This document shows positions 16,004 to 26,190 of a stretch of 64,000 nt of DNA, piece after piece. The position numbers and the translations under genes were made by a program. The stretch comes from Thainema sp. (GTDB lineage: Bacteria > Cyanobacteriota > Cyanobacteriia > Phormidesmidales > Phormidesmidaceae), in assembly GCA_052168235.1 (NCBI GenBank), contig JBQLZK010000030.1:15986-79985 (forward strand). The letters are read 5' to 3'. The notes under the pieces were generated by a model. The model was not told the DNA's origin, made no database searches, and worked only from the letters and a program-made list of their open reading frames with translations. Every line of letters begins with the position of its first letter. Position 1 is the first letter of the stretch.

Positions 16004-17053
16004 CTAACGGATTTTGGGTGAACTGAGCGCGACTAACATCAGCAACCACCAGGGAATCTGGAAATCGGGAATCCAGCCTGCGTTTTTGCGTAAAGCGGGC
16101 AGGGCAAATGGCAGAATGAACCGCAGCGATCGCAACGAGACGGGTCGCTTGCCGTCCTGATCGACTACACCGTAGCGCCGCGCTACTTCCGCCACAATTT
16201 GTAGATGTCCGGTGTAGCGCATTCGATCAGGATCAGCGGCGAGAGCTGCGATCGCACGTCCAGCCAGTAGCGGAGTTTCCCAGTTGAAGCGGTCTTTGAG
16301 CAAGGCGCTACGGGTGTTGAGAGCTGGATTTAGAACTGCTTCATCGGTTGTTTCACTCGTTTGCTCAGACGGCTCAGACGGCTCAGTCGCTGCATTGAGT
16401 TCGTCTACAAATTGCGAGATATGCTCTGTACCGACGATGCCGGGCCACAGGGACAGCGACGTGACATTGTAGGGTTTGAGTTCAAGTGCCATGTCTGCCG
16501 CCATGCGATCGCAGGCTGACTTTCCGGCACCGTAGGCGACGCCAAAGATGTAAGACAGGCCGCCCCAGGAGGACAGCGTACAGATCAAGCCTTGTTTGCG
16601 AGCCGTCATCAACCGCGCCGCGTACACGCTAGCGATGTAGTGACTGCGTAAACCCACATTGTTACAAGCATCCCAAAGGCTCGGCTCACTTTTCCAGAAG
16701 GGTTGACCGTTGGCATTGCGCAGGGCACGAACTCCGGCGTAGACGTTGTTGACCAGGATATCGAGCTGGCCGTTTTGCTCAGTTTCAATCTGCTCAAATA
16801 GCGATCGCACTTGCTCATCATCGGCATGATCGACCTGCACGGGAATGCAAACGCCGCCGACCTTTTCAATCGCGGCCTGCGTTTCCAGCAAACTGCCGGA
16901 AACGCCTTCATCACTATCGTCTGGCTGTAGACTGCGTCCGGTAATATAAACTGCTGCGCCTGCTTCAGCTAAACCGACGGCAATCCCTTTGCCCAGTCCT
17001 CGCGTGGCCCCCGTCACCAGGGCCACTTTATTGATGAGTGGCTTTGAACCCAT
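16004..17053 (-). CDS. SDR oxidoreductase (DHRS1-like)
   Basis: VTGATRGLGKG, LDILVNN, YGAGK; start at MGSKP. Confidence 0.9.
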   Translation of the reverse strand: MGSKPLINKVALVTGATRGLGKGIAVGLAEAGAAVYITGRSLQPDDSDEGVSGSLLETQAAIEKVGGVCIPVQVDHADDEQVRSLFEQIETEQNGQLDILVNNVYAGVRALRNANGQPFWKSEPSLWDACNNVGLRSHYIASVYAARLMTARKQGLICTLSSWGGLSYIFGVAYGAGKSACDRMAADMALELKPYNVTSLSLWPGIVGTEHISQFVDELNAATEPSEPSEQTSETTDEAVLNPALNTRSALLKDRFNWETPLLAGRAIAALAADPDRMRYTGHLQIVAEVARRYGVVDQDGKRPVSLRSLRFILPFALPALRKNAGWIPDFQIPWWLLMLVALSSPKIR

Positions 17054-17133
17054 TTCGATCCCGTATTCAACTTCTTTATTGTGGGCTATGTTGCGGTATA
17101 GCGTTAAGAAGATTGCCTTTCTTTGATGTCTCT

Positions 17134-17973
17134 TTAGCGAGTCTGCCAAAACGTACGGTGGAAGAAGCGGTTGAGAAGGCGGTGGCGGATTGCAGCAGGA
17201 AGAAGGCTTTGCAGCCAATGGGTTGCGATCGCATCCTGCCCAATCCTAATCCGTAGGCCGGAACGTTGTCCCTCGGCCAGGTCAGCGGTTACAGCCGCAA
17301 CGCGAGCGGTATTGTCGGTGGCCGTAGCGCTGAGCTTTTCTTTGAAGCGATGAAAATTCTGGGTTTGGCGGCTGTAGGCATCTACGGCGGATTCAGCCCA
17401 GACTGCATTTTTGCCAAAGTTGGTGCGACTAGCACCGGGCTCCAGGATAGCGATGCGGACGCTATGGGGTTGCAGTTCGTAATAGAGGCTTTCGGCTAAG
17501 CCTTCAATGGCAAATTTGCTGGCGCAGTAGGCTGAGGTGAGGGGAAAGCCTAGAACGCCAAATGTAGATGAGAGAAAGATGACAGAGCCTCGGCTGTCTC
17601 GCAGATAGGGCAATAGCGATCGCGTTAGAGTCGCTGTGCCAAAGAAATTGGTTTCAAACTGTTGGCGCAGTTGGTCGTCACTCAGATCTTCAAATGCGCC
17701 CAGGTAGCAATTTCCAGCGTTGTTGACCAGGCAATCTAGGCGACCGTGAGTTCGCACAAACTCCCCAACTGCCTGACATTCGGCAGCATCGGTGACATCC
17801 AAGCTCAGCACCACAAGCTGCTGGTCGTACTGATTGAGCAGATCGGCAAAAATATGCGATCGCGCTTCTGCCTCTCGCATGGTGGCAATTACAGACCAGC
17901 CACGCCGCAGAAACTCGTCCACCATGCCGCGCCCAAAACCGGATGAGCAACCCGTGATCAGCACTGTTTTCAT
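17134..17973 (-). CDS. SDR oxidoreductase
   Basis: ITGCSSGFG, NNAG, YCASK; ATGA overlap with the Rieske gene. Confidence 0.93.
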   Translation of the reverse strand: MKTVLITGCSSGFGRGMVDEFLRRGWSVIATMREAEARSHIFADLLNQYDQQLVVLSLDVTDAAECQAVGEFVRTHGRLDCLVNNAGNCYLGAFEDLSDDQLRQQFETNFFGTATLTRSLLPYLRDSRGSVIFLSSTFGVLGFPLTSAYCASKFAIEGLAESLYYELQPHSVRIAILEPGASRTNFGKNAVWAESAVDAYSRQTQNFHRFKEKLSATATDNTARVAAVTADLAEGQRSGLRIRIGQDAIATHWLQSLLPAAIRHRLLNRFFHRTFWQTR

Positions 17974-19163
17974 GGCTTCGGTTCCGTTGCATTTAGATGG
18001 CTGGGTGTGAGATGAGGTTCATGGGGCCGTAGATTATGAGTCGAGTTTAAAACCGGCGATGGATTGATGGTAGATGGGTGGACGGGTAGATGATTACACC
18101 CTAGCCCCCCTGCTCCCTTTCTCTCCCCTGCCTCCTTCGCTCCTGCTGCTCCCACATTAACCGCTCGCCAATCACCCCACGTCAGCGCCACCTGCTCCTC
18201 CACATGCTGAACGAACTGAATAATCGACCTGTCTGCCTCGGTTGGGGTTTGAAAATTGAATTTAATCGTTTGAAAAATCTGGGTGTCGCCCTTGGCAAAA
18301 TAGTTGCCCACCTGCGCCGTTAGCCAGAGAAGGAGTCGGTTAAACAGCCAGCCGCTCAGACCCCGTCGCTTCTTCGTCAGCAGTACCGTCTGCCCCTCGG
18401 TACGGCCATCGGCCAGCATCCGCAGCGTAAACATAATGTAGAAATGCAGAAAATCTGGGCCGACCGTCACCGTGCCCGTGCTGCCAAACCAGTAGCACAT
18501 GCTGTAGGTCACTGCGTTCTTGTAAAACGGGCGAATCAGCTTCACAAACCAGGAGTCCTCACCGCCGCGCGTCGTATTGTGAAATGCGATCGCATTTTCA
18601 CTTTTTACCTCTTTGGTAAACACCACATCTAGCGGCAGATTATGCACCGTGTTGAAGTGATGGGCATCAATGGCGTTGATCATCACCACGTTGGGATGGC
18701 AGTTTTTCTCAAATCGTCGCCCAAACGCCGCATCACACTCCACCTCTTCCAGCTCCGGCGGAAAGGGCACAGGTGCCTTCGCCTCATCCCCCGTCCATAC
18801 CCAGATCAGGCCATACTGCTCCGCTGTCGGGAAGGAACGCACACAGGCCGCAGCGGGTTTCCGCAATGCTGGACTATCAACACACTGCCCCGTCGTGTCA
18901 AATTTCCAGTTATGAAAAAAGCAGCGCAAGCCTTCCCCCTCCACTTTCCCCTCCGCCAGATGCGCCCCCATATGAGGACAGTAGGCATCTAGAGCAGTGA
19001 CGTGTCCGTTGCGATCTCGATAAATCGCCAAATCGCGACCCTGCACCGTCACCGCTTTCACTTGGTTGGCTTTGAGTCGATGCGATCGCAGCGCCCAATA
19101 CCAGCCTTCAATAAAGCGGTCGGGGTGGTTAAAGATATGGGGATGGAGGAGGGACAGGGACAT
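17970..19163 (-). CDS. Rieske non-heme iron oxygenase alpha subunit
   Basis: CPH...CFFH Rieske ligands; NAIDAHHFNTVH iron site; low-complexity C-terminal tail. Confidence 0.92.
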   Translation of the reverse strand: MSLSLLHPHIFNHPDRFIEGWYWALRSHRLKANQVKAVTVQGRDLAIYRDRNGHVTALDAYCPHMGAHLAEGKVEGEGLRCFFHNWKFDTTGQCVDSPALRKPAAACVRSFPTAEQYGLIWVWTGDEAKAPVPFPPELEEVECDAAFGRRFEKNCHPNVVMINAIDAHHFNTVHNLPLDVVFTKEVKSENAIAFHNTTRGGEDSWFVKLIRPFYKNAVTYSMCYWFGSTGTVTVGPDFLHFYIMFTLRMLADGRTEGQTVLLTKKRRGLSGWLFNRLLLWLTAQVGNYFAKGDTQIFQTIKFNFQTPTEADRSIIQFVQHVEEQVALTWGDWRAVNVGAAGAKEAGERKGAGGLGCNHLPVHPSTINPSPVLNSTHNLRPHEPHLTPSHLNATEPKP

Positions 19164-19211
19164 AGGAGCTTAATATCAGAAAAGTTTTTAGTCGTGTGGG
19201 TTGAGCGACGC

Positions 19212-19943
19212 TCAACCCACACGACTAAAAACTTTTTGATGTTTACTAAACCACATTCTTCTCCCTGCTCTGGTCAAATTATCCTCACAGATTTCCGTCA
19301 AGCACACCAGTTCGTCGCCGTTGATATGGCCGGGATTGTGCTGATTGAAAAATTGAATGTGAGGATCGCTGAGGCGTTCCGTTGGAATACCGGATAGTTC
19401 TCCTTTCAGCCGATGGGGATGGGGAAAGCGAACAACGCCGCTGAGCGGATTGTAATACTGACCAAACTGCTGATTGGCTAGATGCTGCATTAGAGCGGCT
19501 GTATAAGTAGGGGTCGGCTGATCGTAGCGGGGGTAGAACTCGTTCCAAAAGACGGGCAGAAAGCGATAGGTGCGATAGCCAGAGGAAATTAGCAGCCAGT
19601 AGAGCTTACCAAAAGGGTAGATGTCGCGCAGGGTATTCACCGACTCGATCCAGGCACGGGAGAGGGTAGAGCTATTCCAGGCACTGGGATCCATGATCGT
19701 ATCGCCAGAGTATACGACGCTGATTGGTTCTCCCTCAAACTCGGTTTGATACATCAGCAGCGTGGAAAACCCCTTGAGTTCTCCGGACTCCATATCGCTG
19801 AGCAGAATTACCCAGTTTTTCTGACACAAATCGGCGTTAAAAACGTCAATTCGCACACCAGCAAAGTGAGTGTTGAGCAGTTGGAACATAGAAGCGCGAT
19901 CGCAACTGGCTAATTCTTCAACCCGAACGAGTCGATAATGCAT
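19212..19943 (-). CDS. Hypothetical protein, possibly GNAT-fold
   Basis: 243 aa; KGFSTL, YSGDTIMDPSAW, YWLLISSGYRTYRFL, NPGHINGDELVC; first gene of the operon. Confidence 0.75.
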   Translation of the reverse strand: MHYRLVRVEELASCDRASMFQLLNTHFAGVRIDVFNADLCQKNWVILLSDMESGELKGFSTLLMYQTEFEGEPISVVYSGDTIMDPSAWNSSTLSRAWIESVNTLRDIYPFGKLYWLLISSGYRTYRFLPVFWNEFYPRYDQPTPTYTAALMQHLANQQFGQYYNPLSGVVRFPHPHRLKGELSGIPTERLSDPHIQFFNQHNPGHINGDELVCLTEICEDNLTRAGRRMWFSKHQKVFSRVG

Positions 19944-20202
19944 AGTTTAAAAACATAAGACGGAAGTTATTCAAACTCTAGCGAAATCATTCTTTGCTTG
20001 ATGGCATTCGTATCCAAATCGTCATCTGTCACAGGTGTCACAAGTGCCACAGGTGTGACGGTACGCGACCTGAAGATGGCATCGCTCAAGGCAACAACTG
20101 ATTTTCAAGTAGAAAGCCCCGTTATTGTGAGGCAATAACGAGGCTTTCTGCATAGCTCCAAAATTTGGGTCAACCGCGCCAACGCACGTGATGCTGATTT
20201 GT

Positions 20203-20634
20203 TTAGCGGCGTACTCGTCCAGCAAAACCAGAGGCTTTGAACTGCTCTAGCTTCAGCGGAGTTGGCTGATTGGCCGCGACCGAAATACGGATTTGAAAAT
20301 CGCGGGTGCCGGGTTCGATATCGCCAATCGAGCCGAGGCGCGTCCGGTTCTGCATCACCGGATTCATGTTGGCATCGTAAACCCGACCAAACACATCGAC
20401 GTTGTAGACGGACTTGCCAGAATCATTGTGTGCTTTGCCTTCAATCAAAAAGCAGTTGGCATCGCTGATGCTGCCAGCAGTGACCATGCCTTCTGCAAGT
20501 TCCGGGGGACATTCTCGGTAGGATAAATCCGTTAAGTTAATTGGGGTCAATGCCTGGGCCACTGGCGAAACCACACAGCTCACCACCCAAAAGCAAACTG
20601 ACAAAGCCGCGATCGCAAAAACTCGAAAACGCAT
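20203..20634 (-). CDS. Exported hypothetical protein
   Basis: Signal peptide ending AQA; VDVFGRVYDAN...NRTRLGSI. Confidence 0.8.
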   Translation of the reverse strand: MRFRVFAIAALSVCFWVVSCVVSPVAQALTPINLTDLSYRECPPELAEGMVTAGSISDANCFLIEGKAHNDSGKSVYNVDVFGRVYDANMNPVMQNRTRLGSIGDIEPGTRDFQIRISVAANQPTPLKLEQFKASGFAGRVRR

Positions 20635-20694
20635 ACCATCAACCGTAAAGAACTTGCAACTATATTATCTAAGTAAGTTGGCACAAATAAACGC

Positions 20695-20747
20695 ATCTAC
20701 AAAACCGAGGGAGCGCCCTGCTGAAGTGCTCCCTCGGTTTTGTAGAT
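20695..20747. repeat. 20-bp-arm hairpin (terminator-like)
   Basis: ATCTACAAAACCGAGGGAGC / GCTCCCTCGGTTTTGTAGAT. Confidence 0.6.
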
Positions 20748-20754
20748 TATGCAT

Positions 20755-20843
20755 TAGACTTTTTGGAAATTGTTGTGTAGCGCGGCGGAGCCGCGCTACA
20801 CAACAATTTCCAAACCCAAAAACTTTATTTCCAATAAAGTCTA
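20755..20843. repeat. MITE-like palindromic element
   Basis: Ends TAGACTTTTTGGAAAT / ATTTCCAATAAAGTCTA; internal 25-bp perfect hairpin with GGA loop. Confidence 0.75.
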
Positions 20844-20939
20844 TTATGTTGTGATTCGTTTCACACCGATGCAGAACGGCAACTCGCTATGCTGAAAGAG
20901 CATCAGGGTTGGTGGTTCAAACACCTCAGTCATGGCGTT

Positions 20940-21020
20940 GGCGTTGCTTAATCTGGGTCTGAATTGAGATGTGGGGGCGGTGCCCCCACATCTCAATTCA
21001 GACTTAAAATCAGCAATCCC
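20940..21020. repeat. MITE-like element (GGCGTTGCT family), copy 1
   Basis: Internal 22-bp perfect hairpin; inverted homolog at 40326-40405. Confidence 0.8.
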
Positions 21021-21305
21021 TTTGGGGCAGTCTGCTTCCAGTCGGCTAAATGGGTAAGTTATTTTAGATAGGTAGTATTGACTCTCGATACCAGGGTGAT
21101 ATTTACCGTCTATTTGCCATCTACGTGAGGATAACGCTGGAGATCTGGCCTGTTCGGCTTTAAATCTGCGAACTTATCCCACCATCTATCCGTCACATTT
21201 GGAGTGACCTGATTCAATATGAGCCACAGATGACGGGCTAACCGGAGCAGGTGGTTCTGGCTGAGTAGAGAGAAATGGGTATTTTAAGTTAAGGCATCGG
21301 TTGAA

Positions 21306-22805
21306 ATGAATAGTAAGTTCTTGCGTCAAACAACCTCCGGATTTGTCGTTTTCGGAACAGCATTAGGCATGGCGGTCTGTGATGCGATCGCACCTTCTGC
21401 GGGGGCCATCCCATTCAACATTGGCCCCCAAGCCGCGCTGGCGCAAAGCTATGACGAAGAAGTCAGCGTTCGCGTCTATGAGCAGGCCAGTCCAGCGGTG
21501 ATCTCCATCCGCACCGAAGACGGCACAGGCAGCGGCAGCATCATCAGTCCCGATGGTTTGGTGCTGACCAATGCTCACGTGGTTGGCCGCAACCGCAACT
21601 TGACCGTGCTGCTAGCCGATGGTCGGCAGGTAAATGGTCGAGTGGTGGGTTATGCCGATGATCGCCTTGACCTAGCGGCTATTCAGCTACAGGGAGTTAG
21701 CAATCTTCCCTATATTCCACTCGCTAGCAACAACTCTGTCCGGGTTGGCCAACGAGCCTACGCAATTGGCAACCCCTTTGGCCAGTTTCAAGGCACATTT
21801 ACCACAGGCATCGTTAGCCGGATTGACGCTGAGCGTGGACTGATTCAAACCGATGCGGCGATTAATCCCGGCAACTCCGGTGGCCCACTGCTAAACAGTC
21901 AGGGCGAACTGATTGGCGTAAATACATCGATTTTTACCATTGGCCGAGATGCTGGCAATATCGGCATTGGTTTTGCGATCGCAACCGATCAAGTGCAGCC
22001 ATTTTTAACCGCAGTTCGGGAAGGTCGTGCTGCCCAAGAACCCGCCGCATCGCCGTTTGATCTGGAGCAAGCTAAACCGATTGCCCTGAATGGGCCAGCC
22101 GTCGAAGGGCAACTGGGACGTGAAAGCAGTGTCCTCCCTGCCGATAACAGCTACTTTGATCTGTATGCCTTTGAAGGACAGGCTGGTCAACAGGTCATCA
22201 TCGAAATGACCAGTAGTGAAGTAGATGCCTATTTGATTCTGCTTGGCCCAAATGGTCAAGATGTAGCTCAAGATGATGACAGCGGTGGCCGCACCGATGC
22301 CCGCTTAGCGACGACCCTACCGGAAAATGGCACCTACACGGTTTTAGCGAACTCCTACGCACCAGGCGAACTGGGACGCTACAGCATTCGACTGGCCTCT
22401 TCCCAAGGCAGCACTTCCTCCGTTAGTCCCTCGCAAACTCCTAATCCTGGCTCTCGGCCTAACAACAGCGCTACCGCACCCTCCTCTGGCGACTACATTC
22501 TGCAAGAACAGGGCACGCTAGCCAGCGGCGGGCCAGTCTTACAAGACGGCAGCCTTTACCAGGAATATCAATTCGAAGGAGAATCTGGTCAGTCGGTCAC
22601 GATCACGCTAGAAAGCACCGATTTTGATACGTACTTGATGCTGATTGATCCCAATGGTGACGTGTTGCAGTACAACGACGACATGGGCGACGATACCTAC
22701 AACTCTCAAATCACGACGGTGCTGCCAGCGAACGGAACCTATCGCGTGATCGCCAACTCCTACGATCCGGCTGGGCAAGGCGATTACGAAATCACGGTGC
22801 GATAG
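21306..22805 (+). CDS. HtrA-type trypsin-like serine protease with two PPC-like domains
   Basis: TNAHVV, DLA, INPGNSGGP triad; two D-Y-x-L...NDD/DDD...Y-x-V-x-ANSY repeats; N-terminal signal. Confidence 0.92.
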   Translation: MNSKFLRQTTSGFVVFGTALGMAVCDAIAPSAGAIPFNIGPQAALAQSYDEEVSVRVYEQASPAVISIRTEDGTGSGSIISPDGLVLTNAHVVGRNRNLTVLLADGRQVNGRVVGYADDRLDLAAIQLQGVSNLPYIPLASNNSVRVGQRAYAIGNPFGQFQGTFTTGIVSRIDAERGLIQTDAAINPGNSGGPLLNSQGELIGVNTSIFTIGRDAGNIGIGFAIATDQVQPFLTAVREGRAAQEPAASPFDLEQAKPIALNGPAVEGQLGRESSVLPADNSYFDLYAFEGQAGQQVIIEMTSSEVDAYLILLGPNGQDVAQDDDSGGRTDARLATTLPENGTYTVLANSYAPGELGRYSIRLASSQGSTSSVSPSQTPNPGSRPNNSATAPSSGDYILQEQGTLASGGPVLQDGSLYQEYQFEGESGQSVTITLESTDFDTYLMLIDPNGDVLQYNDDMGDDTYNSQITTVLPANGTYRVIANSYDPAGQGDYEITVR

Positions 22806-22816
22806 CTCTTTACTCA

Positions 22817-22880
22817 GTAGGACACGGCAATGCCGTGTCTCTACCCAAAGGTTTAACCTTGTTAGATCCGCGTTCCTCAA
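22817..22880. repeat. GTAG-type REP, partial copy of the 31271/61335 element
   Basis: GTAGGACACGGCAATGCCGTGTCTCTAC plus a related tail. Confidence 0.75.
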
Positions 22881-22981
22881 CACTCAGCACTAATCAATCA
22901 CGACCTCACTTTGTAGAACTGGTACGAGATAGACAGTAAGCTGGATGAAGAAGTCATTTAGCCTAGCCTGATTATTAGCTC

Positions 22982-23320
22982 ATGAGTAACCAAGTTCTTT
23001 CCATTACCGATCAAGACTTTGACGCTGAGGTAGTCCAGGCTGATCGACCTGTTTTAGTTTATTTTTGGGCAGGTTGGTGTGGCCCTTGTCGGCTGATGTC
23101 TCCTATCATCGAGTCCGTTGCGGAAGCCTATGCCGAGCGCCTGAAGGTTGTCAAAGTCGAGGTTGATCCCAATCCCGAATCCGTTGCTACGTACAAAGTA
23201 GAAGGTGTACCTGCGCTACGCTTGATTCATAACCAAGAAGTTTTGGCCGCAGAAGAAGGTGCAATGAACAAGCAGAAAGTCGAAGATCTGCTCAATGCCA
23301 ATCTTTCGGCTGCCATATAA
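22982..23320 (+). CDS. Thioredoxin (probably x-type)
   Basis: WCGPC; YKVEGVPAL. Confidence 0.93.
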   Translation: MSNQVLSITDQDFDAEVVQADRPVLVYFWAGWCGPCRLMSPIIESVAEAYAERLKVVKVEVDPNPESVATYKVEGVPALRLIHNQEVLAAEEGAMNKQKVEDLLNANLSAAI

Positions 23321-23459
23321 ATTCCGTTTATGCTGAGAATCTCTGTGTTCGATGGCAATACAGAGATTCTCAAGATAGATTTAGTTTACGAATGCTAACC
23401 CAAAGCCCATAGCTTTCAGACCATCAGCAGAACAGTAGTCTCCTCATTCTCTAGCTGCC

Positions 23460-24623
23460 ATGCAACTTGCTAACCGCCTCCAACCGCTGAGCACAAATGT
23501 GTTTGCTGATATGGATCAGGCAAAGGCGGACGCGATCGCAGCGGGGCAAACCTTAATTGATTTGTCATTGGGTTCCTCGGATTTACCGACCGCTAAGCCT
23601 GTGCTCGATGTAATTGCGGAATCGCTGTATGATCCGTCAACCCACGGCTATCTGTTGTTTCACGGCACCCGCAATTTTCGGCAGGCAGCGGCAGACTGGT
23701 ACACGCGCAAGTACGGCGTTGCCGTCGATCCGGAAACGGAAGTCTTACCGCTAATTGGTTCCCAGGAAGGCACCGGGCATTTGCCGCTAGTGGTGCTCAA
23801 TCCGGGCGATTTTGCGCTGCTGCTCGATCCGGGCTACCCCTCCCATGTCGGTGGCGTTTATTTAGCCGATGGACAAATCTACACGATGCCGCTGCTGGAG
23901 GAGCGGGGATTTCTGCCCGATTTCTCAGCGATTCCGGAAGCCGTCTTGGCCCAGTCGCGCCTGATGGTGCTGAGCTATCCCCACAATCCGACAACTGCGA
24001 TCGCATCCCTATCGTTTTTCCAAGAAGCCGTCGCCTTTTGCCAACAGCACAATATTGTCTTAGTGCATGATTTCCCCTACGGCGACATGGTATTCGAGGA
24101 TGTTGAAATTCCTTCCGTCCTACAAGCCGATCCGGAGAAGTCCTGCTCCATTGAGTTTTTCACCCTATCCAAGTCCTACAACATGGGCGGTTTTCGGGTT
24201 GGCTACGCCATTGGTAATGCGGAGCTAATTCGCGCTCTACGGCGTTTAAAGGCGGTGATTGATTTTAACCAGTATCGCGGCATCTTGAACGGTGCGATCG
24301 CAGCTTTGGAGGGTTCCCAAGATCACATTCCCTCGGTGGTGGCGACCTTCAAAGAGCGACGCGACGCATTCGTGCAGGCACTACACGACATCGGCTGGTC
24401 GGTGCCGACGCCTCCCGCCACTATGTACATTTGGGCTAAGCTGCCGCCTCAGTGGGCCAATGATTCGGTGCGTTTCTGTGTGGACTTGGTGAAAGCGACT
24501 GGCGTCGCGGTATCCCCCGGTGCTGGATTTGGCAAATCGGGTGAAGGCTATGTTCGGTTCGCGCTGGTTCACAATCCAGACGTTCTGCGAGAAGCAGTCC
24601 AGCGCATTGCGTCGTTTTTATAA
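23460..24623 (+). CDS. Class I/II PLP aminotransferase (LL-DAP aminotransferase-like)
   Basis: YPHNPT, HDFPY, TLSKSYNMGGFRVG. Confidence 0.9.
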   Translation: MQLANRLQPLSTNVFADMDQAKADAIAAGQTLIDLSLGSSDLPTAKPVLDVIAESLYDPSTHGYLLFHGTRNFRQAAADWYTRKYGVAVDPETEVLPLIGSQEGTGHLPLVVLNPGDFALLLDPGYPSHVGGVYLADGQIYTMPLLEERGFLPDFSAIPEAVLAQSRLMVLSYPHNPTTAIASLSFFQEAVAFCQQHNIVLVHDFPYGDMVFEDVEIPSVLQADPEKSCSIEFFTLSKSYNMGGFRVGYAIGNAELIRALRRLKAVIDFNQYRGILNGAIAALEGSQDHIPSVVATFKERRDAFVQALHDIGWSVPTPPATMYIWAKLPPQWANDSVRFCVDLVKATGVAVSPGAGFGKSGEGYVRFALVHNPDVLREAVQRIASFL

Positions 24624-24893
24624 CGATTTCATGAAGCTTGCTGATAGCGAGACAATCTTCTCTTTGCAACGCTTGAACATATGCTTTACTAAAATATGTG
24701 AAGCTATAAAATCTAACGCTATAGACAGATGCTTACTGCCGTATCTTCAGGCAGCAAAATCATTTAATTAAGTGATCGCGTCATCCATAATTAATCGCGC
24801 GATCGACTGATCAGGTGCTTAAGAAGGTCAAGCTTCGACAAAGGGTGTATACGTGAGTCAATTTACATAGCCTTGGTTACTACGCCGATTTCA

Positions 24894-25286
24894 ATGCTTA
24901 GCCTAAAATCTCAGTCCGAACAGAGCAGTAGGCGACTGCTGCTGTTAGAGGATCATCCACTGAATCGGGCGCTGTTTGCCGAGTATCTTTGTCATCACGG
25001 CTTTGACGTTCATGCGATCGCAGATGGTGAGCATTTGTTCGAAACGCTAGAGCAGTTTCAACCACAGCTCATTCTCCTAGATCTGAAGCTGCCTTATATT
25101 GACGGATTCACCCTACTTGAGCAAATCCGTCAATCAACGAAATGGCAGCATGTTCCAGTTCTGGTGGTTTCCGCGCTATCGTTTAACCTTGATCGGCAGC
25201 GCGCCCTGAACTTGGGAGCATGCGATTATTTTGTCAAACCCGTGGATTTGAGATCCTTACTCGACACGATTAATCAGCACTTCTAA
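24894..25286 (+). CDS. Single-domain response regulator
   Basis: LLEDH, LLDLKLP, FVKP. Confidence 0.9.
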   Translation: MLSLKSQSEQSSRRLLLLEDHPLNRALFAEYLCHHGFDVHAIADGEHLFETLEQFQPQLILLDLKLPYIDGFTLLEQIRQSTKWQHVPVLVVSALSFNLDRQRALNLGACDYFVKPVDLRSLLDTINQHF

Positions 25287-25320
25287 AAGTACTTTTATAC
25301 AGTATTTTTACTCGGTACTG

Positions 25321-25518
25321 TTAACGTTCGGACGACCCAATGTCTCGCCGGGACTCGTTCAGAAAACGTTCTACAACTTCAGTGAGCTGCTGCATTGAAT
25401 GAGCAATTTCCGCTGCTTCAGCTTCAATTCGCTGATTGAGCAGCGTTACACTTTGGAGACGATTGAGAATCGAATCCAGCTGGTCACGATAGTTTGACTC
25501 AAATTCATCTAGCTTCAT
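25321..25518 (-). CDS. Small coiled-coil hypothetical protein
   Basis: MKLDEFESNYRDQLDSILNRLQ..., 65 aa, helical. Confidence 0.6.
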   Translation of the reverse strand: MKLDEFESNYRDQLDSILNRLQSVTLLNQRIEAEAAEIAHSMQQLTEVVERFLNESRRDIGSSER

Positions 25519-26190
25519 ATCAGGGTTCACCAACTGCCTCAAGACAACGATAGTTCAGGAACATTTCAGGATAAATTTTCAGTCGATGCACACCTGCATT
25601 GTAGTTAAAATCACTTCGATTGAGGCGGAATACGGATGCTCGTATCAAACTCTTACACAATCTCAGAGTTGATTAAATGATTCCTAAATCGTGATCAATA
25701 AATCCGGAAAACGGGTATGAGAGAGTGTGGTTTAGACTTTGCTATTCTGCTTCCACGCATTGGGGCTTTTACCCAATTGATCGTTGAATTTGCTTAGATA
25801 ATCCAGTTTTATCAGCTATGATGCCTGCTTTTCTGGTTCTAGATTCTATGTCTTAGATGATGTTCTATATTTTGGAATATTAAGTATAAAGAAAGACAAA
25901 GTGCTCATTTATACGCAGCCGCCAAGGTGGACGTAGCGCCTAAGTTGGCTAGCCCTTGATCTGAAATTTATTTAACACTAGTGGGTTAGAAAAAATCTGC
26001 AGGCATTTCTCCTAAAAAGGAAGACTAAAGATCAGCAACCCTGCGCATTGTGCAATTTGCTTGTACGAATTAATTAGGGTAGGATATCCGTTCCCACAAG
26101 CTGCCCACAACCTGATGGAGATTGCTATATCCTAGTCTGTACGGTCGTTGCTGCAACTCTCGGCTGTGTAGATTCGTCAATCGTCATGCT

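Noticed and set aside
25519..26190. Long AT-rich intergenic region as ncRNA
   Set aside because: No structure or motif recognised; consistent with divergent promoters
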